This document shows, one piece after another, positions 28,706-38,161 of a DNA stretch of 64,000 bases. The position numbers and the translations under genes were made by a program. The stretch lies in contig MHFR01000013.1 of NCBI GenBank assembly GCA_001804285.1, positions 8,920 to 72,919 on the forward strand, given 5' to 3'. Below the pieces are notes generated by a model. It was not told where the DNA came from, searched no databases, and saw only the letters and a program-made list of their open reading frames with translations. Position 1 is the stretch's first letter. The number at the start of each line of letters is the position of its first letter. Source of the DNA: Candidatus Danuiimicrobium aquiferis (GTDB lineage Bacteria > Omnitrophota > Omnitrophia > Omnitrophales > Danuiimicrobiaceae).

Positions 28706-30022
28706 ATGGTCACTATTTACGACATTATATTTTTTCTATTTACCTTTATCGCGATGCCGAAGTTCATTTTGCGGCTCAAGCAAGCGGAGGATGCCAAGGT
28801 GCTGCTCCGGGAACGCATGGGCCGATTTGATAAAGATAAAAAAGAAAAATTTTCCAAACGAAAAACGCTTTGGATTCATGCAGTCAGTGTCGGAGAAGTG
28901 ATCGCGGCGGAACCGTGGATTGAGCTTTTTTTAAAAAAGTATCCCGATTGGCAAATTGCGTTTTCGGCGACTACCCCGACGGGTTATTCGGTTGCGAAAA
29001 AAAATGTTTCTGAGAGATTGATTATTTTTTATGCGCCGTTCGATTTTAGTTTTGTAGCGCGCAAAGTCATTCGCGAAATCAATCCGAAACTGATTCTTCT
29101 CATGGAAACGGAGATTTGGCCGAATTTAATTTCCGAAGCTTCTCGCGCGTCTGTCCCTGTCGGAATCTTAAACGGCCGGATTTCGCCGCGTGCATTTAAG
29201 CGATATCGATGGATCCGATTGTTGATGAAGCATCTTCTATCAAAGCTTTCTTTTTGCCTCGTTCAGTCGGAAAAGGATGAGGCGCATTTTTCTGAATTGG
29301 GAATGTCAAAAGAAAAAATATCGTTGACCGGAAATATGAAATTTGACCGCGTGGTTAGCCCGGGGGTCACCCAAAAAGAAGATTTTCTGAGTTTGTTTTT
29401 AGAGGATAGTTTGATACTTCTTGGGGGTAGCACACATTGGAATGAAGAAGATATCTTGATGCGTGCGTTTAGCAAGCTTCGCCAAGAATTTAAAAATCTA
29501 AAATTGATTTTAGCGCCGCGGCATCCCGAGAAGGTTCCGGTAGTTGTCGAGGCATTGAAACAAAATGGTTTTTCATTCGGTTTGTATTCAGAGAGGAATA
29601 CAAATCAGGCGAAAAAGGTTTTAGTGATTGATCAAATGGGTGTGCTTGCTTCGCTTTATGAAGTGGCCACCGCAGTTTTTATGGGAGGAAGTTTAGTCCG
29701 GCATGGCGGGCAAAATCCGATTGAAGCGGCTCAGTTTCACAAAGCGGTTGTCCATGGACCGAATGTGTTTAATTTCGAGTCTGTTTATGATGAGCTCGAC
29801 CAGGCGGAGGCGGCTTATCTTGTCCGGACAGAAGAAGAGTTATATGAAAAATTAAAATGGTTCCTTAGTCAATTTTCTGTTCGCGAAAGCGCGGGGAAAA
29901 AAGCATATGACGTGATTGAATCTCTGCGCGGTGCGACTGAACGGAACATGGCACTCGTTTCCCGTTGGATTGAAAGCGGTGGAACAAAAACGCAGTTGCG
30001 TGAGACAGTGGAGGCATTATGA
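28706..30022 (+). CDS. waaA: 3-deoxy-D-manno-octulosonic acid (Kdo) transferase
   Basis: Glycos_transf_N block LWIHAVSVGE, GT30 C-terminal domain, N-terminal membrane anchor. Confidence 0.88.
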   Translation: MVTIYDIIFFLFTFIAMPKFILRLKQAEDAKVLLRERMGRFDKDKKEKFSKRKTLWIHAVSVGEVIAAEPWIELFLKKYPDWQIAFSATTPTGYSVAKKNVSERLIIFYAPFDFSFVARKVIREINPKLILLMETEIWPNLISEASRASVPVGILNGRISPRAFKRYRWIRLLMKHLLSKLSFCLVQSEKDEAHFSELGMSKEKISLTGNMKFDRVVSPGVTQKEDFLSLFLEDSLILLGGSTHWNEEDILMRAFSKLRQEFKNLKLILAPRHPEKVPVVVEALKQNGFSFGLYSERNTNQAKKVLVIDQMGVLASLYEVATAVFMGGSLVRHGGQNPIEAAQFHKAVVHGPNVFNFESVYDELDQAEAAYLVRTEEELYEKLKWFLSQFSVRESAGKKAYDVIESLRGATERNMALVSRWIESGGTKTQLRETVEAL

Positions 30023-31077
30023 CAGTCAGGACATTAGTTCGGTGTATGGCTGAGAACAGGCCGACTTCGGGAGGTGTGTTTTGTTTTCTCCTGAAAAGTA
30101 TTTTTAACTTTGCATCTTTTTTTTACGGAAAAGGTGTGCAAATTCACAGGTTGCTCTATCAGAAAAATATTTTTAAAACTGAAAGTTTTGAAAAAACCGT
30201 TATCAGCATCGGCAATCTGACGTGGGGCGGAACGGGAAAAACGCCGATGGTGGAATATATTGCGAATTATTTTATTACCCGGGAAAAAATTCCGATGATT
30301 CTGGCACGGGGATACGGGAAGGATGAAAGCAAAGAGCTTGCGAATAAACTTCCGGCAGCTCAGCTGGGAATTGGAAGCGATCGGGTTGCAGTCGCCAAAA
30401 AAATATTAAGCAAATCATCCATCGATATGATTCTGTTAGACGACGGATTTCAGCATTGGCGAATTAAACGGGATTTTGATATTGTGCTGATTAATGCGCT
30501 TAATCCGTTCGGAAATTTAAGCATTCTTCCTCGCGGGATTTTGCGCGAGCCAATGTCGAGTTTAAGTCGCGCTTCTTTTATCATTTTGACAGACACCAAT
30601 CTTGTTCCGCGAAAAGAAACGGATTTTTTGAAAGAAAAGATTCGCACATTTAATCCTCCCGTTGAATTTGCAGAAGCATGTCATGAACCCGTTTGTTTCT
30701 ATCGCGCCGATTCACCGCACAAGCAAATTCCTTTAGATCAATTAGAAGGCAAGCGAATGACCGTTTTTTCGGGCATCGGAATGCCGAGGTCGTTTCAAAT
30801 GATTCTCAATCGTATAGGTGTTAAATCGGTTCGGAATTTTGAATTTGATGATCACCATATGTTTCTTTCACGGGAGCTCGAAGATATTCGAAAGGAAAAA
30901 TCGCTTAGCCGGTCGGAAGGTTCGATCACAACGGAAAAAGATTATTTCCGTTGTCCGGGGCGGATCACACAGATTCTCAACCCCTATATTTTAAAGATAC
31001 ACATGCGATTAATTTCCGGCGAAGAAGAATTCCAAACGCGGCTCGACTCTTTTTTTGAAGAGGGAAGTCATGGTTGA
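30019..31077 (+). CDS. lpxK: Tetraacyldisaccharide 4'-kinase
   Basis: P-loop ISIGNLTWGGTGKTP, about 330-350 aa; overlaps the waaA stop. Confidence 0.85.
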   Translation: MTVRTLVRCMAENRPTSGGVFCFLLKSIFNFASFFYGKGVQIHRLLYQKNIFKTESFEKTVISIGNLTWGGTGKTPMVEYIANYFITREKIPMILARGYGKDESKELANKLPAAQLGIGSDRVAVAKKILSKSSIDMILLDDGFQHWRIKRDFDIVLINALNPFGNLSILPRGILREPMSSLSRASFIILTDTNLVPRKETDFLKEKIRTFNPPVEFAEACHEPVCFYRADSPHKQIPLDQLEGKRMTVFSGIGMPRSFQMILNRIGVKSVRNFEFDDHHMFLSRELEDIRKEKSLSRSEGSITTEKDYFRCPGRITQILNPYILKIHMRLISGEEEFQTRLDSFFEEGSHG

Positions 31078-33013
31078 GAGTTTTTTTATTTTAGGTGCTC
31101 GTATTTTGCATCTGTGTGTGGAAGCACTTCCGCTTCGATGGGCGATTGTACTGGGCCGTATCATGAGTTTCATTGCTTATCATTTCAGCGGGCGCAGGAG
31201 CGTTGCCTATGTTAATTTGAAAGCTGCTTTTGGGAACCGTTATTCTGCAAAGGACAGGCGTCACCTTGTTCGCCGTGTTTTTTCTAATTTGGTGCAAAAT
31301 GCAATCGAAATTTTTCGTTTCAAACATGTTGATCAAAACTTCCTCGATCAGCACGTTCAATTCAAGCATTTAGACCGGTATTACAACCTTTTTGAAGGAA
31401 AATCCGGCGGAATTTTTCTGACGGCGCATTATGGGAATTGGGAGCTTTCGCAAATGGTTTCATGTGCGTTGGGCCATCCCTTGTATGTGCTTGCACGAAA
31501 ACAGCGATACGAAAAGCTGAACGCATATTTGAATCAGCTGAGGGGAATGAGTGGAAGTATCACGATCGAACAGGGAAGAGGAGTCCGGGAATTTGTCCGG
31601 CTGCTTAAAGGCAAAAAAGTGGTTGCTGTGCTGGGGGATCTTTCGGGCGGACGAAACGGAATGCCGGTTCGATTTTTCGGAAGGAAAACCACTGCTCCGT
31701 ATGGAGTGTTTGCGCTTGCCCGGAAAACCAACGCGGTCATTGTACCGACATTCTTCCCGCGATTAGATGAAGCGCATCATCAACTTTATTTTGCCGAGCC
31801 TCTTGAATTGGATTCGTCGGGCGATCGCGGAGATGTGAAAAAAGACGTTCAACATTATTACCACCTGCTTGAGGATTGGATTGGCCGTCAGCCCGAGCAA
31901 TGGTTTTGGATTTATAAAAGGTGGAAATATTGCTTTACGAAACGGATTTTATTCATCCATGACGGGCGGGCTGGGCACGCGAGCCAAATCGGGGGAATCC
32001 GGAAGGAATTCGAGAAATTAAAGATGAATTTGTCTTCTGAATATGAATTTGAATATCAGGAGCTTGAAGTCCGGTTTAAAAGTGAATTCCACCGGAAAAT
32101 ATTTTATATTTTAGGTTTTTTCATGATTCCGTTTGCGCAAGGGAATTTAAGCTGGCTCTGTTATTTTCTGGAGGATGAGTGTGCGAAAATTTTAGAGGAA
32201 TTGCACACGGATATCGTTGTCTCTGCGGGATCGAGCTTAGTTTCGCTTAATTTGATGCTCAAAAATGAAAATCAGGCGAAATCGGTTGTGCTTATGACGC
32301 CGTCTTTTCCCTATCAAGGGCACCGCGAAGATTTATTAATTATTCCGGAGCATGATAGAAATTTCACGCGAAGCGCTCACATCGTTCGAACGCTCATTAC
32401 GCCCAATCGCGTTGATGAAGAACTGCTCGCCCGGTCCCGGAAAGAATTGATTGAGCAAGCGGCGTTTCAAAGAAGCGAAAGGAAAAAGGTTGCGGTTTTT
32501 ATCGGAGGTGATTCACGTGCATACCGGTTTGAACCGGAAGCTGTTACCAAGTGGATTCGAGACCTGAAAGAATGGGCGAAAAATGCGGAGGTTGGCCTTT
32601 TAGTAACAACATCGCGACGGACAAAATCGCACATCGAGAAAACAATTAAAGAAGAATTGCAATCAGATCCCTTATGCGAGCTTCTTGTGATTGCAAATGA
32701 ATCAAATATTCCGAATGTAACGTATGGGATGCTTTCGCTTTCCGAGATTGCCGTAGTGACCGAAGATAGTATTTCGATGATTTCCGAGGCGCTCAGCGCA
32801 CGGAAAAAAGTGATTGTCATGCAACTTGGAAACGGAAAACTTCCGATAAAACATCAGCGCTTTATTGATGTGCTCGGAGTTCAATCGATGATTCGGGTTG
32901 CGAGCGAAAACGATTTTAAAGATGTCATTTCTTCGGTCGAAAGCGGTTATGCACATATCAATGTAGACGAAAACTCAAATCGGATTCAAAAAGGACTTCG
33001 AACGCTCCTATGA
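31055..33013 (+). CDS. Fusion protein: lipid A late acyltransferase (LpxL/HtrB family) N-terminal half plus ELM1/GtrOC1-like (DUF1022) putative glycosyltransferase C-terminal half
   Basis: Residues 1-300: TM anchor and HxxxxD-family context LTAHYGNWEL. Residues about 300-652: DGRAGHASQ signature typical of the ELM1/DUF1022 family. Continuous 652 aa ORF. Confidence 0.65.
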   Translation: MKREVMVESFFILGARILHLCVEALPLRWAIVLGRIMSFIAYHFSGRRSVAYVNLKAAFGNRYSAKDRRHLVRRVFSNLVQNAIEIFRFKHVDQNFLDQHVQFKHLDRYYNLFEGKSGGIFLTAHYGNWELSQMVSCALGHPLYVLARKQRYEKLNAYLNQLRGMSGSITIEQGRGVREFVRLLKGKKVVAVLGDLSGGRNGMPVRFFGRKTTAPYGVFALARKTNAVIVPTFFPRLDEAHHQLYFAEPLELDSSGDRGDVKKDVQHYYHLLEDWIGRQPEQWFWIYKRWKYCFTKRILFIHDGRAGHASQIGGIRKEFEKLKMNLSSEYEFEYQELEVRFKSEFHRKIFYILGFFMIPFAQGNLSWLCYFLEDECAKILEELHTDIVVSAGSSLVSLNLMLKNENQAKSVVLMTPSFPYQGHREDLLIIPEHDRNFTRSAHIVRTLITPNRVDEELLARSRKELIEQAAFQRSERKKVAVFIGGDSRAYRFEPEAVTKWIRDLKEWAKNAEVGLLVTTSRRTKSHIEKTIKEELQSDPLCELLVIANESNIPNVTYGMLSLSEIAVVTEDSISMISEALSARKKVIVMQLGNGKLPIKHQRFIDVLGVQSMIRVASENDFKDVISSVESGYAHINVDENSNRIQKGLRTLL

Positions 33014-35115
33014 AAATTGCTCAGATTTTGCCCGAATTAAATGTCGGCGGGGTTGAAACGGGAACGGTTGACCTCGCAAAAGCGCTTAAAAAACGAGGGG
33101 ATGAGCCGTATGTCATTTCAAATGGCGGTTCTTTGGTGGAGGAACTTGTCAAATTCGGTATTCCCCATCTCGAACTTCCGGTTCATCAAAAATCAATTAC
33201 ATCACTTGCGCTCATCAATAAAATCGCTTCATTTTTGGAGCGAGAACGCATTGATATTATTCACGCCCGCAGCCGCGTTCCCGCGTGGTTGGCGTACATG
33301 GCTGTCCGCCGGACCCATTGTGATTTTGTAACGACGTGCCACGGCTATTATTCAAAGCATTTTTTTAGCCGTGTAATGGGGTGGGGAAAACGCGTGATTG
33401 TCATATCCCATTCGATCGGACGCCGGATGATCGATGATTTTCAGGTTCCGCCGGAGCGGATAACGCTCATTCACCGCGGCGTGGATTTGGAACAATATAA
33501 ATTTCAATCCGATAAATATGACGAACGCCCGCAAGACCGTCTCAAAATTATCAATATCGGACGGATTACCCCCATCAAGGGCCATACGGAATTTATTCGT
33601 GCCGTTCATTTGCTCAGCAAACGGTTTTCAAATTTCGAAGTTTGGATTGTCGGAGCTGCGGATCAAAGCAAGGAAGGTTATTTTGAAGATTTGAAAATGA
33701 TCGTGAGCCGGCTCGGGATGTCGGATAAAATTAAATTTTTAGGCGCGCGAAAAGATGTCCCGCAGCTATTGAGCCAGGCTGATTTGCTTGTTTTGTCGAC
33801 AAAAATTCCGGAAGCGTTTGGACGGGTATTGATTGAAGCCGGGGCCGTAGGAACGGCTGTTTGTGCGTCACGGATCGGCGGCATTCTTGACGTGATCGAA
33901 GATCAGAAAAACGGACTTCTTTTCTCGCCCCAAAATATGGAAGAAATGGCGATGTCGATGGAACGGCTTCTCAGGAATCGGGCGCTATCTAAAAAATACG
34001 CTCATGCGCTTCATGAAAAAGTGGTTCAGTATTTCAATCTTGATCAAATGGTAACGAAAACACAGCAGGTTTATGAAGAAGTGCGCCAACAGAAAAAAAT
34101 CCTGATTACGAAACTGGGTGCCATGGGTGATTTGGTTCTGGCTGTTCCAAGTTTCAGAATGATTCGGCAGCGGTATCCTAAGGCGCATATTTCGCTTTTG
34201 GTTGAGCCGAAGTTTGTCTCGATGATGCAAAGCAATCCTTATTTGGATGAAATTGTGACATTTGACCGCAGGAAGCATCGGACAAAGTGGCAGCGGCTTC
34301 TCAAAGTGGCGAAGCGGCTTGGAAAATATAATTATGATATGTCGATAGACCTTCAAAACAATTGGAAGACGCATCTGATTTCGTTCCTTGCGCGTATTCC
34401 CAAACGGTTTGGATTCCGGCGCGGATGGCTCGGCTTTTTGCTGACGCATCCGGTGGTCGCACGCGATGACCGGTTGCCTCCGGTTCAGCATCAATATCAA
34501 ATATTGAGACGGGCCGGCATCAATCAATTTGATGACACGATGGAATTGTGGACGAATCCGCAGGCTGATGAAGTGATTTTAGAGCGTTTAAGGAAACAAG
34601 GATATCATGCAAGCAAGCCGGTTGTTGGGTTCGTTGTCGGTGCGAGCCCGAATTGGCAGACGAAACGTTGGCCTCTTGAGAGGTTTGTTGAATTGGCGGA
34701 TCGGTTGATTAAGAAAGCAAATTGCCAAATCATTCTGATTGGAGCCGATGACGATCAGGAGCTCTCCAAGCATTTTGATCAGCTGGAATCGAAAAATGTA
34801 TTTAACTTTTTAGGAAAAACATCCATGCTGGAATTACTAAGCCTCATTAAACGTTTAGATGTGATGATTACCGGCGATACTGCGCCGCTTCATATCGGGA
34901 ATGCATTTGGGGTTAAACTTGTCGCTCTGTTCGGGCCGACGGAACCGAAACGACATATGCCGCCGGGAGATGAACATATTGTTTTGGTGAAACGGATTAC
35001 CTGTCAGCCGTGTTACCGGCGCGTTTGCAAATATAAAGAAAAAGATGTTTTAAAATGCCTTACGGATATTTCCGTAGAAGAAGTTTTAGAATCCATGGAG
35101 CGTCAGTTGCGCTGA
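33010..35115 (+). CDS. Fusion glycosyltransferase: GT4 (EX7E motif) N-terminal domain plus GT9 ADP-heptose:LPS heptosyltransferase C-terminal domain
   Basis: N-terminal MKIAQILPELNVGGVETG and EAFGRVLIEAGAVG (GT4). C-terminal KILITKLGAMGDLV...GDTAPLHIGNAFG (GT9). Confidence 0.75.
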   Translation: MKIAQILPELNVGGVETGTVDLAKALKKRGDEPYVISNGGSLVEELVKFGIPHLELPVHQKSITSLALINKIASFLERERIDIIHARSRVPAWLAYMAVRRTHCDFVTTCHGYYSKHFFSRVMGWGKRVIVISHSIGRRMIDDFQVPPERITLIHRGVDLEQYKFQSDKYDERPQDRLKIINIGRITPIKGHTEFIRAVHLLSKRFSNFEVWIVGAADQSKEGYFEDLKMIVSRLGMSDKIKFLGARKDVPQLLSQADLLVLSTKIPEAFGRVLIEAGAVGTAVCASRIGGILDVIEDQKNGLLFSPQNMEEMAMSMERLLRNRALSKKYAHALHEKVVQYFNLDQMVTKTQQVYEEVRQQKKILITKLGAMGDLVLAVPSFRMIRQRYPKAHISLLVEPKFVSMMQSNPYLDEIVTFDRRKHRTKWQRLLKVAKRLGKYNYDMSIDLQNNWKTHLISFLARIPKRFGFRRGWLGFLLTHPVVARDDRLPPVQHQYQILRRAGINQFDDTMELWTNPQADEVILERLRKQGYHASKPVVGFVVGASPNWQTKRWPLERFVELADRLIKKANCQIILIGADDDQELSKHFDQLESKNVFNFLGKTSMLELLSLIKRLDVMITGDTAPLHIGNAFGVKLVALFGPTEPKRHMPPGDEHIVLVKRITCQPCYRRVCKYKEKDVLKCLTDISVEEVLESMERQLR

Positions 35116-36161
35116 TGAAAATTGCAATTTTTACGAAAAATTGGTTGGGAGATGTTATTTTTCAGATCCCGGCCATGCGTGCGATCAAGAAAAAATTTCC
35201 GGGAAGCGAGCTTTTGGTCGTTTGCCCAAAACGGTGTGTGGAAATTTTGCAAGCATGTCCTTTTGTCAGTGAAGTGATTCCTTTTGACGACAGGGCTCGC
35301 GATAAAAATCTTTTAGCGTTTTTTAAATTAATTTGGAAATTACGTTCGCGAAGGATCGGACGGTTTTATTTGTTCCATCGTTCATTTAGCCGTGCCGTGA
35401 TTGCATGGTTCTCCGGTTCTCCGGTTCGTATCGGTTATGCTTCCAAAAACAGGGGGTTTCTGTTGACGCAGGCCATTCCGGAGCCTGAACAAAAACTTCA
35501 TTCCGTTCGATATTATTTGGAATTGGTCCGCCGCTCGGGGACGGCTATTGACGAAGAATATCAGTGTGAATTTTATTTTACACCTCAGGACAGGAGGCGT
35601 GCCGAACGGCTGATTCGCGAAGTAGGGTTCGATCCGTCGCGGCTGGTTGCGATCAATCCCGGTGCCAATTGGCCGCCTAAACGCTGGCCGGTTGATCATT
35701 TTGCGGATTTGGCGTATCAATTGGCCGAGCAATTTGGCGTGCAAGTGATTGTGACGGGAGGGCCTTCGGATGAAACCTTGGGGAATGTGATTGCGAATAA
35801 AAGAAAGCATCCGTTTATCAAAAATCTCTGCGGGCAAACAACGATTTGTGAGTTGGGCGCGCTTTTCTCATTTTGCCGACTTTTGATTTCGAGCGATTCC
35901 GGGCCGCTTCATATCGGTGCCGGTGTCGGCACGAATGTGGTCGCCATTTTCGGACCGACGGATCCGAAGCAAACCGGGCCGCTTGGGCGCGGCAAGAATG
36001 TGGTGCTTCATCATATTCCGGAAGGCGAACGGGTTCCGTGGTATGGTGAAAATTTTCCGTACGGGAAATGGATGGAACATATTTCTGTTGAGCAGGTGAT
36101 GAACGTCATTGAAAAAGAAGGGTTGCTGGAAAAGGTGGGGGAAAATGGCTCGATTCGATAA
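35115..36161 (+). CDS. GT9 heptosyltransferase paralogue 2
   Basis: MKIAIFTKNWLGDVIFQIPAM N-terminal motif, C-terminal SSDSGPLHIGAGVG. Confidence 0.8.
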   Translation: MKIAIFTKNWLGDVIFQIPAMRAIKKKFPGSELLVVCPKRCVEILQACPFVSEVIPFDDRARDKNLLAFFKLIWKLRSRRIGRFYLFHRSFSRAVIAWFSGSPVRIGYASKNRGFLLTQAIPEPEQKLHSVRYYLELVRRSGTAIDEEYQCEFYFTPQDRRRAERLIREVGFDPSRLVAINPGANWPPKRWPVDHFADLAYQLAEQFGVQVIVTGGPSDETLGNVIANKRKHPFIKNLCGQTTICELGALFSFCRLLISSDSGPLHIGAGVGTNVVAIFGPTDPKQTGPLGRGKNVVLHHIPEGERVPWYGENFPYGKWMEHISVEQVMNVIEKEGLLEKVGENGSIR

Positions 36162-37128
36162 TGTCAAAAAAATATTAGTGATTACATTAAGCAATGTCGG
36201 CGACGTGATTTTAACGACGCCGGTAATTTCATGTTTGCGGCAGGAATATCCCGAGAGTGAAATAACGGTTTTGGCCGGCGAAAAAACCATATCGATATTA
36301 ATGAATAGCCGGACCATCCAAGAAGTTATCCCTTATAATAAACACGCATCATGGCTGAGAAAAATTTTATTGGTTTTTAAATTGCGCGCGAAAAAGTTTG
36401 ATTTAGTGGCAGATCTCCGAAATACGGCGATCCCTTTATTGATCGGAGCACGTTACCGCACGGCTATGGTGCCTGACCGGAAAACCATTCCGATGCGTGC
36501 GCGGCATTTGAGCCAAATCCGGGAGCTTGTTTCGACCATAGACAGGGAAAATTGTTTTGATTTTTTTTCGCAGGAAGAAGATGAAACTGCTATGGCAAAA
36601 TATAAGGCGCGTTTAAATGGTGCAGAAGACAAAGCTTTTGTGGTGGTGGTTCCCGGGGCAAGAAGTTCGCTTAAGCGGTGGACGGTTAAAGGGTTTGCAT
36701 GGCTTGTGCAATATTTATATCAGAGAGGAAAGACCGTTGTTCTTGTCGGAAATGAAAAAGATATCGAAGAGGAACTAATGAGTATCTTGAGATGCCCCGT
36801 GGTTAATCTCTTTGGTGCGTTGACGCTCAGAGAGCTATCGGCTATTGTTCATCACGCAGAGATGGTTGTATGTAACGATAGCGGAGTGATGCATCTTACG
36901 AGTGAGTTGAAACGTCCGGTTGTTTGTGTTTATGGGCCCACCAGCGAAGAGATTTGCGGACCCAGAGGCTCTCATGTTCGGATTGTACGGAAGAAACTTG
37001 ACTGTGCTCCATGTGACAAAGCTGAATGCGTTAAAGCGCGGAGAGAATGTCTTGACGATTTACCGGTTGAAGATGTTATTTCCGCCTGTGAGGAGTTATT
37101 TGAAAGTGCAGCCAATCACGCCGTCTAA
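36145..37128 (+). CDS. GT9 heptosyltransferase paralogue 3
   Basis: KILVITLSNVGDVILTTPV N-terminal motif, C-terminal CNDSGVMHL. Confidence 0.8.
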   Translation: MARFDNVKKILVITLSNVGDVILTTPVISCLRQEYPESEITVLAGEKTISILMNSRTIQEVIPYNKHASWLRKILLVFKLRAKKFDLVADLRNTAIPLLIGARYRTAMVPDRKTIPMRARHLSQIRELVSTIDRENCFDFFSQEEDETAMAKYKARLNGAEDKAFVVVVPGARSSLKRWTVKGFAWLVQYLYQRGKTVVLVGNEKDIEEELMSILRCPVVNLFGALTLRELSAIVHHAEMVVCNDSGVMHLTSELKRPVVCVYGPTSEEICGPRGSHVRIVRKKLDCAPCDKAECVKARRECLDDLPVEDVISACEELFESAANHAV

Positions 37129-38161
37129 ATTAAAAAGAATATTAGTTGTCCGTTCAGACCGGATCGGAGACGTGATCTTGTCGACGCCGGTTTTTTCTGC
37201 GATTAAAGAAAAATATCCGCATTGTTATCTCGCCGTATTGGTTGATCAAAGTGTCGAGACGCTGGTGAGGGGGAATCCGTTTGTTGATGAAGTGATTGCT
37301 TATGATAAAAAGGGAAAGCACCGGTCCTGGTGGAGGACCTTGTGGTTGGGGATTGGTTTGAGAAAATACCATTTTGATCTTGCAATTCATTTACACCCGA
37401 CCAACCGCGTTCATATTTTATCATGGCTTGCCGGAATTCCGATCCGGATCGGATACTGCCGGAAAAATCATTATTTACTCACGCATTCGATTGAAGAAAG
37501 AAAACGGCTGGGGAAAAGGCACGAAGCGGAATATAATTTTGATCTTCTGCAATTTATTCACATTCCGGCGCCTCATCGGCTTAAGCTGTATGTTCCGCTT
37601 CACCCTGAAGACAAGAATGAACTTAAAATGCTTGCGCCCGATTTGAAAGATCCGTATGTGGTTTATCATCCAAGCGCAAGTTGTCCGTCAAAGATTTGGC
37701 CGCCTGAACGAATGGCCGAACTTGCGAATAGCCTTGCGCATGAGTGCGGAACTTTTTCCGTGATTGTTGCGTCCGGAAGCGGTGTGAATGAGGCCAATCT
37801 CATGGAGATGCATCTTAAGCAGTCTTATATGAATCTTGGTGGAAAATTGAGTTTGGGCATGCTGGGATGGCTCCTTAAAGGTGCCCGTCTTTTGGTTTCA
37901 AATGATTCCGGGCCGGTTCATTTTGCTTCTGCGGTTGGAACGCCCGTGATTTCTATTTTTGGACGGAATCAGGCCGGCTTGAGTCCGACCCGATGGAAGC
38001 CTCTTGGGGAAAGAAGTTCGTTTGTTCATAAAAATGTCGGTTGTGTTGAATGCTTGGCGCACGATTGCAAGTTGGGTTTTAAGTGTCTTCAAGAATTGAG
38101 CGTGAATGATGTTTTGGGAGAGATCAAAAAGTTGGAAATCTTCGAGCAAAACCGAAAATGA
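37073..38161 (+). CDS. GT9 heptosyltransferase paralogue 4 (start uncertain; alternative GTG at 37106)
   Basis: RILVVRSDRIGDVILSTPV N-terminal motif, C-terminal SNDSGPVHFASAVG. Confidence 0.75.
   Translation: MLFPPVRSYLKVQPITPSKLKRILVVRSDRIGDVILSTPVFSAIKEKYPHCYLAVLVDQSVETLVRGNPFVDEVIAYDKKGKHRSWWRTLWLGIGLRKYHFDLAIHLHPTNRVHILSWLAGIPIRIGYCRKNHYLLTHSIEERKRLGKRHEAEYNFDLLQFIHIPAPHRLKLYVPLHPEDKNELKMLAPDLKDPYVVYHPSASCPSKIWPPERMAELANSLAHECGTFSVIVASGSGVNEANLMEMHLKQSYMNLGGKLSLGMLGWLLKGARLLVSNDSGPVHFASAVGTPVISIFGRNQAGLSPTRWKPLGERSSFVHKNVGCVECLAHDCKLGFKCLQELSVNDVLGEIKKLEIFEQNRK

Noticed and set aside
36920-37072. Long N-terminal extension of the fourth GT9 gene overlapping the third by about 200 nt
   Set aside because: Conserved GT9 N-terminal motif starts at about 37115. 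The extension overlaps the C-terminal catalytic region of the upstream gene in another frame. An internal ATG (37073) or GTG (37106) start is more plausible.
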